Part shown: one piece after another, positions 25,202 to 38,803 of the stretch | Layout: each line of letters opens with the position of its first letter | Position numbering within the stretch: the first letter of the stretch is position 1 | Source: Camelus dromedarius | Lineage: Eukaryota | Assembly: GCF_036321535.1 (NCBI RefSeq) | Contig: NC_087436.1 | Coordinates: 67,396,001 to 67,460,000, forward strand | Length of the DNA stretch: 64,000 nucleotides | Direction of reading: 5' to 3' | Program-made: the position numbers and the translations under genes | The notes under the pieces: generated by a model | Database searches by the model: none | What the model saw: the letters and a program-made list of their open reading frames with translations, nothing else | Told to the model about the DNA's origin: nothing

Positions 25202-25336
25202 CAAAGATACACTGGAAACCACAGGAAATATAGCCAATATTTTATAAAACTTTATATGAATTATATCTATAAAAATATCAAATCACTGTGTTGGACACCA
25301 TATTAAGTCAACCAAATGTCAAGTTTTTAAAAAGAA
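25202..25336 (+). mobile_element. Short L1 3' tail
   Basis: CACAGGAAATATAGCCAATATTTTATAA... with TSD GTAATACTTT[A/G]AGATA (25186-25201 / 25337-25352). Confidence 0.8.
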
Positions 25337-26053
25337 GTAATACTTTGAGATAATGAACATTGAATTGTATTCTTTTCATTCACTTTGAACTTATTTTAGA
25401 GGACAAAGAGATCAGAATTGAGACTGCAGTGAAATGAGACCATTGGTCAAAAATGAAATTTAAGTGAAAAAGAATAATCAGAACATTTATCTCTAAGAAA
25501 TAAAACAAAATAGATTGCTAAAATAATAGTCCTGGGTTATGTTCCCAGTAGTCTCAGGTCTTGATGTCCAAGTTTTGGTTTGTTCTGTCTGTACATTCAG
25601 CCAAAATATATGGAGAAATAGATTAAAATTGTTCTGAGGATCAATAAGAAACACCTTAAATTGTTTTTCAATTCCTGCCAAAGGATTTTGAAATACACAT
25701 TATCTTTAAGTTAACTTTAAGGAAATAAGAGAATTTTGAAAAGAGATATAAAGCAAAAGGTTCTACCTATGTAAATATTAAGCTTATCTTTTTTAGATTT
25801 ATAACAAATTCAGAAGTATAGAAAGTAGAACTCTTTTAAATTGCAATATTTTTGTTAGAGATAGAAGTTCTATAGAATAATAAAAGGAATTGTGTTCTAC
25901 AGTGTTTCATTTCAAGACATTTAGGAAAACACCTTACAAACATATTCTATAGTGCTAACCCATAGGTTAAAGGTGATGATGAGACTAGAATATTCAATTT
26001 ATTCTTTTTTTCTGAGTCATCTTTAAAAATCCGGCAGCAGTTATAATCCCTAC

Positions 26054-26668
26054 TGTGACAGTCAGTTTTATGTGTCAATTTAGCTAGGCTACAGTTTCAG
26101 TTATCCAATCAAATACCAATCTAGGTGTTTCTATGAAGGTATTTTGTAGATGTGATGAAAGTTCGTAATCAGTTGACCTTTTTTTATTGAAGTATAGTTG
26201 ATTTACAATGTTGTGTTAGTTTTAAATATACAGCAAAATGATTCAATTATACATATACATGTATTTATTCTTTTTCAGATTCTTTTCCAGTATAGGTTAT
26301 TACAAGATATCTAATACAGTTCCATGTGCTATACAGTAGGTCCTTGTTTATCTATCTTACATATAGTAGTGTGTGTATATTATCAGTTGACTTTAAGGAG
26401 ATAATACTAGATAATCTGGGTGGCCCCGATTCAATCAATTGAAAGGCCTTAAGAACAGAGGTAAGGTTTCTCTGAATGAGAAGAAATTATGATCATAAAT
26501 AGCAGCTTCATTTTGTGCCCAAAAGTTTCCTTCTGCTCTTCCTGCTGTCCCATCCTTACAGATTTCAAACTTGGCTGGCCAGTTCCCAGGGTTATGTAAG
26601 CCAATTCTTTTCAATAAATCCCTTAACATATATCTCCTACTGCTTTTGTTTCTCTGATTGCACCCACC
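26054..26668 (+). mobile_element. MLT2 (ERVL) solo LTR, MLT2D-like
   Basis: TGTGACAGTCAGTTTTATGTGTCAATTTAGCTAGGCT... GATAATCTGGGTGGCCCCGATTCAATCAATTGAAAGGCCTTAAG ... AATAAATCCC. Confidence 0.85.
26179..26381 (-). mobile_element. L1 3' tail nested in the MLT2
   Basis: T-run plus ATTGAAGTATAGTTGATTTACAATG. TSD ATCAGTTGAC (26168-26177 / 26382-26391). Confidence 0.9.
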
Positions 26669-27049
26669 TAGAGGTATCAAGATGATTCTTATTTTCTCCA
26701 GCATCTTATTTCCTCTCTGAATATCTGGTTACTTTTAGAGCTGACATATTTCTTTCTGTCCAAGACTTTGCTTCTGACTAGGACTTTTATTAACCAAATA
26801 GTGAATTTATATTATTTAAGAAACAGTAACTGAAGATTAGTTTTTAAATAGAAAAATACTGATTTCTCATGTAAGTTAGTGTCCATGTCCAATGAAGTGG
26901 AATACTTACAGGTGACCAGATGATAAGAGAGCTTTTATTGATAATTCAAGAAGTAAATATAAGTTGTGTTTCTGGGCATGTACAATGGGCATATAAAGAT
27001 TAGTCAGTGCATATAACTTAAATACCTCCTTTGTAATGGATTATTTCAT

Positions 27050-28735
27050 ACAGTATATTTTTAAGACTTTTTCAGAGAAGTTTCAGGTTCGTAGCAAAAT
27101 TGAGACGAATATAGGTATTTCCTACATACCTTCTGTCCTCACCCATGCAAAACCTCCCTCATTATCAACATGCCCTACCAGAGTGCTACATTTGCCACAA
27201 TTTGATGAACCTGTAATGAAACATCATAATCACCTCAAATCCATGGTATCACTCTTGGTGTTACACATTTATGGGTTTGAACAAATGTATGATGTGTACC
27301 CATCCTTATGGTATCATATGGATATGTTCACAGTGCTCCACCTATCATCCCCTCTCCCACACCTGGCAACCATAGATCTTTTTATTGTTTCCTTGGTTTT
27401 ACTTCTTCCAGAGTGTCATATAGTTAAACTAAGTCAATATCTAGCCTTTCAAGAGTGTCTTCTTTTACTTAGCAGTATGCCTGTAAAGTTCCTCCATGCC
27501 TTTTAATAGCGTGATAGCTTTTTCCCTTTGTTGGTGTACCACAGTTTGTTTATCCATTCAGGACATCTCAATTGCTTCCAAGTTTTGACAATTATGAATA
27601 AGGATGCTATAAACCTGCATTCATGTGCAGGTTTTTGTGTAGACATAAGTTTTCAACTCATTTGGATCAATACCAAGGAGCATGATTGTCAGATTGTATG
27701 GTAAGAGTATATTTAGTTTTGTAAGAAACTACCAAACTGCCTTCCAAAGCGGCTGTACCATATTACATTCCCATCGGCAGTAAATGAGCATTCCTGTTGC
27801 TCCCCATCCTCATCAGTACTTGATGTTGTCAATGTTGTTGGTTTTAGTCATTCTAATATATGTGGAGTGGTACCTCATTATTGTTTTGATTTGCATTTTC
27901 CTGATAACATATGATGTAGAGCATTTTTTTCATATGTTGTTTGGCCATCTGTATATATTTGGTGAGGTGCCTGTTAATATCTTTGGCCCATTTTTTAATC
28001 AGGTTGTTTGTTTATTGTTGAATTTTAAGAGTTCTTTATATATTTTGGATAACAGTATTTTATTACACGTGTATTTTGCAAATATTTTCTCCCAGTCTGT
28101 GGCTTGTCTTCTCAATCTCTTGACACTGTCTTTCATAGAGCAAAGGTTTTTCATTTTAAGGAAGTCTAGCTAACCAATTATTTTATGGATTGGTGCTTTT
28201 GGTATGTGTTTAAAGCCATTGCCCTACCCAAGGTCATCTAGATTCTCTCCTGTGTTATTTTGTAGGCATTTTTAGTTTTGCATGACACATTTAGGTCTCT
28301 GATCCATTTAACTCAATTTTTATGAAGGGTGTAAGGTCTGTGTCTTGATTTCTATTTTTTTTCCCATGCAAATGTCTTGTTATTTCAAAACCATTGGTTG
28401 AGAATACTATCTCTTCTCCATTGTATTGTTTTTGCTCCTTCTTCAAAAATCAGTAGACTATATTTATATGGGTCTATTTCTGTGCCCTTTGTTCATTCCA
28501 ATGATCCTTAGTCTATTTTTTCCACCAATACCTCACTGTCTTGATTACTGTAACTATGTAGTAAGACTTGAAGTCAGGTAATATAGTCTTATAAACTTGT
28601 AGTTCTCTTTCAGTATAGTATTGGCTCTTCTTGGTATTTTGCCTCTCTATTCAAAGTTCAGAATCAGTAGTTGATATACACAAAATAACTTTCTTGATTT
28701 TGATTGGGATTGCATTAAATCTATAGATCAACTTG
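27050..28735 (-). mobile_element. Old L1 (L1MA/L1MB-like) 3' UTR plus ORF2 end
   Basis: Antisense L1 motifs (GGCTGTACCATATTACATTCCCATCGGCAG, TTGATTTGCATTTTCCTGAT, GGGATTGCATTAAATCTATAGATCA). ORFs 27036 and 27784 are antisense frames. Confidence 0.9.
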
Positions 28736-28810
28736 TGCAATAGATGTTTTCCCTCAAATATTTGTAGATAGAGCTTTTAAAATGTGAGTCATACTTGAAA
28801 TGTTCTAGAT

Positions 28811-29012
28811 CTGTTCTTTCTAATAAAGCTTTTTGCAGTGATGAAATGTCATGTAATTGCTTGCTAGAACTGTGCTATTTACTAGCCAGATGTGTCTACT
28901 GATGACTAGAAACATATTTAGTAGGATTCAGGAACTGAATTGTTTATCTAATTTCAATTAAGTAAAATTTAAGTATCAGCTATGGCTAGGTGTACTATAT
29001 TAATAGCACAAT
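28811..29012. mobile_element. hAT-Charlie MITE, MER3-like
   Basis: ~200 bp flanked by TCTAGA on both sides; internal GAACTGAATTGTTTATCTAATTT and TGGCTAG...TACTATATT motifs. Confidence 0.65.
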
Positions 29013-29134
29013 CTAGAGCATAAAATCTGAAAGAGTAAATCCACTGTAAATTAAACACTAATTTCAGAAAAATAACTAATTCTTGACCTCATACCTACAC
29101 CAATACAAAATGTTATAATTACTTCTTAAAGTTA

Positions 29135-29173
29135 TGTGTGTGTGTGTATATATATATACATATATATATATAT
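29135..29173. repeat. (TG)n(TA)n microsatellite
   Basis: Directly visible. Confidence 0.9.
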
Positions 29174-31124
29174 AGCATTTATCAAACACAGTGGATTTGA
29201 TATTTACATTTTATCAATAAAATAGCATAAAGTCACAATTCATAATTAATTTAGAATACATATTGCTTCTAAAAATTAGAAATGTGAAGGCCATACACAA
29301 ATTTTGATAGACATTAAAAGTAATTTCTAACACACATATTTTCCTCTGTATTCTCTTCTTACCTTCTCTAAATTTGTATCACTACAATATTTACAATATC
29401 TGGGTAAACCAAGAGATGTCCCCATGAATTAAGAAAATTTTTTAAACATTTTAAATATTTTCAACTTAATCAATTTATTTAATCAATTATTTTTCATATA
29501 CCCACATTAATGTAGAAGATATGCCAATATTGGTGTGCTCTGCTATGGATACTCTTACTCTTCAGCTTACTTGTTCTGTCAATACCCAAATAGATTTTAG
29601 AGATATTTGTTTGTTCTTTCTTCCTTTCTTTTTTTTTTTTTAATTGACTATATTCCTCACACTGTACAGTGACTTATTTATTTTGCAACTGGATGTTTGT
29701 ACCTCTCAATTTCCCTCAACTATTTCCACCTCCCTTCCCTCTGGCAACCACCTGTTTGTTCTCTGTATCTATAACTGCTTCTGTTTATGTTTGTTCATTT
29801 GTTTTGGCTCTTAAATACTACGTGATTTCACTTATATGTGTATTCTGTCTTTCTGTTTGAATTACTTCCCTTACTATTATACCCTTCAGATCCATTCATA
29901 GTGCTGCAGATGGCAAGATTTCATTCTTTTTTATGTCTGAGTAATGTTACATTACACACACACACACATTATATATATATACCACATTTTTTTAATCCAT
30001 CTATTGATGGATACTTAGTTTGCTACCATATTTTGGCTATTGTAAATAATTCTGAATGCAGTGAATATAAGGATGCATATGTATTTTTAAATTAGTAATT
30101 TTGTGCTCTTTGGATAAATTTCCAGGAGTGGAATTGCTGAATCATATGGTAGTTCTGTCTTTAATTTTTAAGTGATCTCTATACTGTTTTCCATCATGGC
30201 TGCACCAAATTATATTCCTACCAACAGTATATAAAGGTTCCCTTTTCTCTACATCCTCACCAGCACTTGTTCTTTATGTTCTTTTTGATAATACCAATTA
30301 TAAAAAGTATGAATTGATATCTCATTGTAGTTTTGGCTTGCATTTCCCTAATAATTAGTGATGTTGAACATCTTTTCTTGTGCCTATTGGTTATCTGTGC
30401 ATCTTCTTTGGAAAAATGTCTGTTCAGATCCTCTGTCCATTTTTTAATTGGTTTTTTTTCTCTTGAATTGTATAAGCTCTTTATATATTTGGATATTAAC
30501 CTCTTATTGGCTATGTCTTTTGTGAATAGCTTCTCCCATTCAGTAAGTGGCCTTTTAATTTCATTGATAGTTTCCTTTGCTGTGCAAAAGCTTTTTAATT
30601 TGATGTAGTCCCATTTATTTATTTTTGCTTTTGTTTCCCTTATCTGAGAAGGCAGGTCCAAATATTACTAAGAACAGTGTCAAAGAATTTCCTGTGTTTT
30701 CTTCTAGAAATTTTATGGTTTAAAGTCTTAAATTCAAAATGGATTAAAGACTGAAATATATTTTTGAGCATGGTGTAGGAAAGTGTTACAGTTTGATTCT
30801 TTTGTATGTAGCTGTCCAACTTTCCCAGCACCACTTGTTGAAGAGACTGTCTTTTACCCGTTGTTTTCTTGCCTTGTTCGGCCATATAAGTGTTGGGTGA
30901 CTTCTGGATTCTCTATTCTAATAATTGATGTATCTGTTTTGATACCAGTACTATACTGTTTTGATAACTACAGTTTTGTGGTATAGTTTGAAATCAAACT
31001 GGTACCTCCAGCTTTTTCTGCTTTATAAAGATTGTTTTGCTATTTGAGATCTTTGTGTTTTTGTACAAATTTTAAAATTATTTCTTCTAGTTCTGTGAAA
31101 AATGCCATTGGTTTGAATTGCATT

Positions 31125-31340
31125 GTAATTTTTTTGTAATTTTAATTATAGTTTACAATGTTAATTTCTGGTGTACAGCATAGTGATTCGTATATATATA
31201 TGTGTGTGTGTATATATATATATATGCTTTTTCAAATTCTTTGTCACTATTGGCTTTTACAAGGTATTGAATATTGAATATAGCTATACAGTAGGACCTT
31301 GCTGTTTATTTTATATATAGTAGTTAGTATCTGCAAATCT
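31125..31340 (-). mobile_element. L1 3' tail nested in the larger L1, with internal (TA)/(TG) repeat
   Basis: TATAGTTTACAATGTTAATTTCTGGTGTACAGCATAGTGATT interrupts the host motif TTGCATTG..AATCT..AGATT. Confidence 0.85.
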
Positions 31341-32660
31341 TTAGATTACCTTGGTACTATGCTCATTTTAACAATATAAATTCTTCCAATCCATTAACAG
31401 TATACCTTTACATCTGTTTGTGTCATCTTCAGTATCTTTCATCAGTGTCTTATGGTTTTCTGAGTACAGGTCTTTTACCTCCTTAGTTAGATTTATTCCT
31501 AGGGTTTTTAAATTCTTTTTGATGTGGTTGTAAATTGTATTTTCTGATTTCTTTCTCATAGTTTACTGTTAGTGTATAGAAGTGCAACAGCTTTCTTTAA
31601 TTTTGTATCCTGCAACTTTGTCAAATTCATTGAGTTCTAGTAGTTTTTTTGGTGTCTTCAGGATTTCCTGTCGATAGTATCACGTTATCTGCAGTGACAG
31701 TTTTACTTACATTCCAGTATGGACTCCTTTTACTTATTTTTCTTTCCTGATTGTTATAGCTAGGACATCTAACACTATGTTGAATAAAAGTGATGAGTGT
31801 GAACATCCTTGCCTTGATCTTACACAAAATGCTTTCATCTTTTCATCTTTTAGTATGATGTTAACTGTGGGTTTGTAATATATAGCCTTTATTATGTTCA
31901 GGTATGTTCCCTCCATGCCCACTTTGTTAAGAGTGTTTAGCATCTATTGAGATGATCATATAATTTTTATTTTTCAAGTTGTTAATGTAGTGTGTCACAT
32001 TAATTGGATTGTGGATATTGAGCCATCCCTCCATCACTCACTGGGATAAATCTTACTTGATCATGGTAGATGATCCTTTTAATGTATTATTGAGTTAGGT
32101 TTGCTAGTATTTGTTGAAGATTTTTACATCTGTGTTCACCAATGATATTAGCCTGTAATTTTCTTTTGAGGTGATATCTTTTGTCTAGTTTGGTATCAGG
32201 GGGATGTTGGCTTCATAGAATGAGTGTGGAGGCATTCCTTTCTCTGAAAATGTTTTGGAATAGTTTCACAAGTATAGGCATTAACTCTTCCTAAGTTTTT
32301 GGTAGAATTTACCTGTGAAGCCATCTGGTCATGTACTTTTTGTTTGTTGGGAAATTTTTTTATTACTAATTCAACTTCATTACTAGTAATTTGTCTTTTC
32401 ATGTTTTCTGTTTCTTCCTGGTTCAGTCTTGGGAGATTGGTTTTCTATTTATTTGCATATAATTGTTCATAATAATCTCTTATGATTCTTTGTAGTATTG
32501 ATTGTAAGTTCTTACTTTTCATTTCTGATTTCATTGATTTGGGTCCTCTTTTTTTTGATGAGGCTGGCTAAAGTTTGATTAATTGTATTATTTCAGAAAA
32601 GTAGTTCTTAGTTTTGTTTATATTTTCAATATATTTTTAGTCTCTAGTTTTCCTCTGATC

Positions 32661-32878
32661 CTTTTTAAAATTGAATTATAGTTGATTTACAATATTATGT
32701 TAGTTTCATGTAGACAACATAGTGATTTAATATGTTTTATAGCTTACTCTATTTGAAGTTATATAAAATAATGGCTATATTTTCCTGTGTAGCATAGTAT
32801 ATCATTTGTCTCATTTACTTTATAGATAATAGTTTGTATCTCTTAATCTCCTACTCCTATCTTTCCCCTCCCCCTCAG
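32661..32878 (-). mobile_element. L1 3' tail nested in the larger L1
   Basis: TTGAATTATAGTTGATTTACAATATT... with TSD CTCTGATC (32653-32660 / 32879-32886). Confidence 0.85.
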
Positions 32879-35104
32879 CTCTGATCTTTGTGATTACTTC
32901 TACTAACTTTGGGTTCTGTTTGTTCTTTTTGCAGTTACTACAGATCTAAGTTTAAATTGTTTGAGATTTTTCTTATTTCCTGAGGTAGACTTACATTGCT
33001 ATAAACTTCCCTCTTAGAAGTACTTTCAGTGCATCACATAGATTTTTGGATTGTTATGTTTTTGTTTTCATCATCTCAAGGCATTTTTTCATTTCTTCTT
33101 ATGTTTATTCAGTGCTACATTGGTTGTTTAGTAGCATTTTAATTAGCCTGCACATAATAGTGCTTTGCAGTTTTTTTTCCTTGTAGTTGTTTTCAAGTCT
33201 CATAGCATTGTGGTTAGAAGAGTTGTTTGATATTATTTCAACTTTCCTTAATTTACTGAGACTTGTTTTATGGCCTGGCATGTGATCTGTCCTGGAGAAT
33301 GTTTCATGTACACTTTAAGTGTGCAGTCTGCTGCTTTTGGATGGGATGGTCTACGTATATCTATTAAGTCTGTTTGTTCTAGTACCTTGTTTAAGCCCAG
33401 TATTCCCTACTGATTTTCTGTCTGAATGATCTGTCTGTAAGTGAGTGTTAAAGTTCTCTACTATTATTGTGTTACAGTCAGTTTCTACTTTTATGCTGGT
33501 TAATATTAGATTTATATATTGAGGTGCTTCTATGTTGGATGCATATATATTTGCAGTTGTTATATCTACTTCATGGATTGATCCCTTGGTCATTATGTAA
33601 TATCCTTATCACTTTTTACAAACTTTGTTTTAAAATCCATTTTTCTGATATAAGAGTTGTTACCCTAGCTTTCTTTTCTTTCCCATATGCATGAAATATC
33701 TTTTTCCATTCCCCTAACTTTCAGTCTTTCAACCTTTCTAGTAACTGTCATATGTGGTTGATTGATTACCTTTACTGTATATTTGCCTCTACCAATGAGA
33801 TTTTTCCATCCATAATTTTCATATTTCTAGTTGTGGCCCTTTCTTTTCTGCTTAGAGAGTCCCATTAAGATTTCTTGTAGACAGGTGCTTTTCTTTCAGC
33901 ACAGTGAATATCAATATTTTTACAATAAATATGTTTATGATAAAAGTGAGATTAACGTTTTATACATACCAATTAAGTAGATGCTGAATTGTTTTTATTT
34001 GACTTGAGAATTCATTAAAAAATCAAGACTTCCTGCCCATACTTTTGCTTGGTTAACATTAATTTTGGCTTGATTTTCTTAATTATAAATCAATGGGTAA
34101 ATGACAGCCAGGTAAGAAATACTATGAATAATTCACACATTGAAAACTGAAAGGTATAATTGATTTCTATTGATACAAAAGCATTTTAAGTCTTTCTTTG
34201 ATCATAGTTTACTTTTTCCTTAGAATTTCCATAAATTGTTACATTATTAAAAATAAAGAATGATTGAATTATTGATTGCTAAATAACACTAGATTGACAA
34301 TTTCCAAGAATGGAATAATGTAGGTTTTCATCTTCTTTAACTTATATTCTGTATATTTATATATCTTAGAACTTAATGGCACAGTAAAATATTTTCATGA
34401 ATTCTTAATGCTTTTATCATTATAAATCAGTATTTTAGCAATCATGAAGAAATAGGTAAATAGCGTCCTTTTGTATTGTGTGTGGCTGTATTTATTTCAC
34501 AAATGAGAGATTTCAGTTAGAGATTTAGTTTAAATTTATGTAACAAAACAATATAAGATAAAATTTAAGCACTAAGTTTTAGATTTGAACAACGATGTAT
34601 CAGTGCATTATAAACACTAGAAAATATTAAAGCTGTGGAGCTGATAAAATGTTATCCTCAGAATGAGTCATTCACCTCAACATTTAAGCATCTATTTCAT
34701 AAATATTTCTTTTCCAAAAATTTATGGCTGATAGTACGAAAGACAAACACTGTAATGAGGGATTTATAAGTCCAATCAGTCATGAAATATTTTTACCCAT
34801 GCTATGCTAATCATTGGGGAGTATACATCAGAAAATAAGATGTCCTTAGAGTCTAAAATCATACAGGGCTCATTAGTCAAATGTCTCTTGAATTCTGAGA
34901 AACACCATTCAAGCAGTGGTGGAGTATGTTGAGATAAACCACACTGAGCTCATTTATAAGTTTATTTTATTCTCAAAAGCACCTTTTGAGCAAAGGTTGT
35001 GTGCCAGAAATTGTTAATAAAAAGTTAAAGAGAACACAGAGGGTCCCTGATTTTGATCGTTAGACTTAACAGATTTTTGTCTTAGTGATGCTGAGAAAGG
35101 AATA

Positions 35105-35532
35105 TGTACTCTGTGGAAGCCTTACTTCAAATTTTGGATTTTGATCTTAGGCTAGCAAGATGCAGTATGATCCTTTCCCATGATGCTGGGCAGGGGCAGT
35201 GAGCCACAGCTCCGTCAGTCCACAATCACAAGAGTAAACAACCAACACACTTTCAACTGTTCTGTACCCATAAAACCATTTTTTCAGCTGTTGGCACAGT
35301 ATTCAATAAATTACAGGAGATATTTAATCTTTTAGTATAAAAAAGGCTTCGTGTCAGATGCTTTTGCCCCACTGAAGGCTAATGTAAGTATACTGAGCAT
35401 GTAAAGATAGGCTAAGCTAGGCTATTATGTTTTGTATGTCAGGTTCATTAAAGACATTTTTAACTTAAAATATTTTCCACTTACCATAGGTTTATGGGGA
35501 TATAACCCCATCATGAGTAAGAAAAATCTGTA
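35105..35532 (-). mobile_element. TcMar-Tigger MITE, MER47/Tigger5-like
   Basis: TAGGCTAAGCTAGGCTA, GGTTTATGGGGATATAACCCCATC and terminal ...ATCTG-TA. Confidence 0.8.
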
Positions 35533-35751
35533 ATTTATTTCTAGAAAACAAGAGTTAGTTGGAAAGAACTTTAATTCTTTGTAGTTCTCTACAGAATGGC
35601 TACTTGGCTGGAAAAAATAAATCAAGGAAACACGTCATATTATTAAAATGGCTCATTAAAAATGTTGCCATAGTGATCTATTGTTCAACTTTTTTCCTTA
35701 CTGAATATCCATTATGAGTGTACAATTTGTGAATAAAAACAAAAGCTCTTT

Positions 35752-35916
35752 AACACATGAAAAGATGCTCAACATCACTAATTATTAGAGAAATGCAAAT
35801 TAAATCAACAAGGATGTATCTCTTTACACAAGCCAGAATGGTCATCGTCAAAAAGTTTACAAATAATAAATGCTGGAGAGGCTGTGGAGAAAAGGGAACT
35901 CTCCTACACTGTTGGT
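35752..35916 (+). mobile_element. Internal L1 ORF2 fragment with TSD
   Basis: CACATGAAAAGATGCTCAACATCACTAATTATTAGAGAAATGCAAAT ([16 protein letters not shown]) ... CTCCTACACTGTTGGT, flanked by AAAGCTCTTT on each side. Confidence 0.85.
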
Positions 35917-38303
35917 AAAAGAAAGCTCTTTTTATACCCTTTATGTATGTTGAGCTGGTTTAACTACTCATTTACATTATTGATTTGACATTTGATTAAG
36001 TATTTACTATGTTTATTTTCTGATAATAGCAATAAGAATATCAAATTACATTATATTGTTTATGAAACCCTGGGACCATATTACCTAACCCAATACTTTT
36101 AATCGCATTTGCAGTTAAGTAGGTTAAATTACTGCTCTTAGTCACTGGAGTTGTGGTTCAGGTTGGTTAATTGAATTTTTCAAGATCACAGAGCTTGTAA
36201 TTGACATCTTCAGACATTTACTAATGTTCTGCATAAATGCTGGAAAAGAACCAGAAGGTAGGAGTGGGAGTGGAAGTATAAGTAATTGTATGACAAGGAG
36301 CTTACACTCTTTTAAAGGCAATAACCCATGTATATACATAATGAAAATAGAAAACATAATATAGTAAGTGGAAGAATATAGAAGATTTTATGTGTTGTGC
36401 TGAAGGTATTATGTAACATTAACCGTTTATAAATATATTTTAGTTTTGATTTGTTTTTAATAAACATTTTGAGATTATTGAAGATGCACATGACTTTGTG
36501 AGACATGCAGAGAGATCACATAGACTGTTTATCCAATATCTCCCAATGGTAACATCTTGCAGGACTGTAGTACAATATCTAAACCAAGATACTGAAATTT
36601 ATGCAAAGATAAAGATAATTTCCATTATTACAAAGATCTTTCAATTTGATATTGAAAAGTCACACCTACTTCCCTCCTGCTATCTCCTCTGGCAATCACT
36701 AATTTGTTCTCTATTTCTTTAATTCAGTCTTTTCTGGAATGTTACAGAAATGGAAGCATAAATGGGATTGCCTTTTTCCACTCAGCATAATTCTCTGGAG
36801 ATTCAGGTGCTTATTAGCTCTCTGTATATCCTGTTCAATGAAATGTCTCTTTATCTTTCCCCATTTTGAATTGGATTTTTTCATTGTTGAGTTTTGAGAG
36901 TTCATTATATATTTAAGATACTAGTATTTTGTTAGATATGTGGTTTGGAAATGTTTTCTCCCAGACTGTAGTTTGAACTTTATCTTTTCATCTTCTTATA
37001 AGGCCTTTTGCAGAGCAAAACTAATTTTGATAAAGTTCAGTTTATCAAATTCTTTGGTATCAAATAACTCTTCACCTACCATAGATCTCAGTTTTTTCTA
37101 TTTTTAAAAAGTTTTACACTTTTACTATTTAAATTTAAATAGATGACCGATATTGAGTGTGTTCCATATAAAATGTAAAGATTTAAGTCAAGGTTCATTT
37201 TTTGGTCTTTGGATAGCCAGTTTTTTTCCTGCATTGTTAAGCGGTGGGCTACACATTCTGCATTGAATTGCTTTTGCACCTGTATAAAAAATCACTTGGG
37301 CATTTTTGTGTGGTTCTGTTTCTGGATTCTCTATTTTGATTAATTGATTTATGTGTCTAGTCCTTTGCCAATACCACATAGGCTACCCATATAATAAATC
37401 TTGAAATTGCATAGATATATCTGTCTCCCACTTCAGGTATTTTATTTTCCTTTCCATATAAAATTTAGAATCTTATTTTTTGTCTACATAAAATATTACA
37501 AGGATTAATTTTAGGGATAATGTTAAACTCAGATAACAATTTGAAGAATTGACATCATAACCTATATTTAGTCTCCTATACTATCAATACAATAGTTCTA
37601 GTTATTTAGATAGTCTTTGATTTTTTTTCATAATTATTTTCTAACTTACGGTATTTAAATACTGACAATATTTTGTTAGATTTGCACCAAAGTGTTTCAT
37701 TTTTGAATAATTGTACTGTTCTTTTATTTTTAAGATATAAAAATGAATCTGAAATTTTATTTTTAAAATTATTATTTTAGTTTTAAAATGTTCGAAGTCA
37801 CTAAGTATGATATTATAGTACTAGAAAAAGTAATTCTCAGTATGGTGAGCTTTTAGAATACTCCTGCAATCACTCTGCCACACATTTGGCAAGATGCTGA
37901 GTTAAAACCAGCATCCCTGAAAGAAAAAGCTTTTTGGATCTCTCATTCTCTCTTGCCCCACCTTCACCTCTCTCCCCCTCTTTCCCCAGCTCCTTCCTTT
38001 CCCTCTCTTTCTGTTCTCAGAATTCTGTCTTTTTCCTATGTCTTCTTATTTCTTATTATGTGTGGAATTTCTTTTTCATCATACATGAATTTCAAAATTC
38101 AAGATCATTTGTTGAATAGCGCTTTCTGTCCTCACTGATAGATGGTAAAATCTCTCTCATGTATCAGCTGATCTAGTACAATCTCTATTTTTAAGACCAC
38201 ATGCTGAGATTTTATATGTAAAGTAAAATATTAAGTATTCTGCAAAATGAGCTTTTAGGTGTATTTACTCTTTAGTAATGAAAATAGTATAGTTTCACTT
38301 ACC

Positions 38304-38763
38304 TTTTTTTTATTGAAGTACAGTCAGTTACAATGTGTCAATCTCTGATGTACAGCATAATGACCCAGTCATACATATACATACATATATTTGTTTTCGT
38401 ATTCTTTTTCATTAACAGTTATTATAAGATGTTGAATGTAGTACCCTGTGTATACAGAAAAAAATTATTATGTATCTATTTTTTATATAATAGTAATATT
38501 TGCAAATCTCAAACTCCCAAATTTATGCCTTCCCACCCTCTTTTCCCCTGGTAACTATAAGATTGTTTTCTGTATCTGTGAGTCTGTTTCTGTTTTGTAA
38601 ACAAGTTCATTTGTCTTTTCTTTAGATTCTACATATGACTGATATTATTATATGGTATACTTCTTTCTCTTTCTGGCTTACTTCATTTAGAATGACAATC
38701 TCCAGGTCCACCCATGTTGCTGCAAATGGCATTGTATTATTCCTTTTTATGGCTGAGTAGTAT
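38304..38763 (-). mobile_element. Younger L1 3' UTR (copy A)
   Basis: T8-ATTGAAGTACAGTCAGTTACAATG ... GCTGAGTAGTAT. Confidence 0.9.
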
Positions 38764-38803
38764 CAGATAGTTTTAACTTGCAGAAAAGTGTTCAACATAC
38801 ATT

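Larger units (their letters stand above)
29630..33900 (-). mobile_element. Decayed L1, 3' UTR through ORF2 (RT and endonuclease)
   Basis: Minus-strand ORFs with [59 protein letters not shown] and IYASNIEAPQYI. Confidence 0.95.

Noticed and set aside
27036..28173. Long + strand ORFs (156 aa and 129 aa) as membrane-protein genes
   Set aside because: They are antisense frames of an old L1; the hydrophobic composition reflects T-richness.
30257..33593. Minus-strand ORFs as an active retrotransposon
   Set aside because: ORF2 is fragmented by stops, frameshifts and nested insertions.
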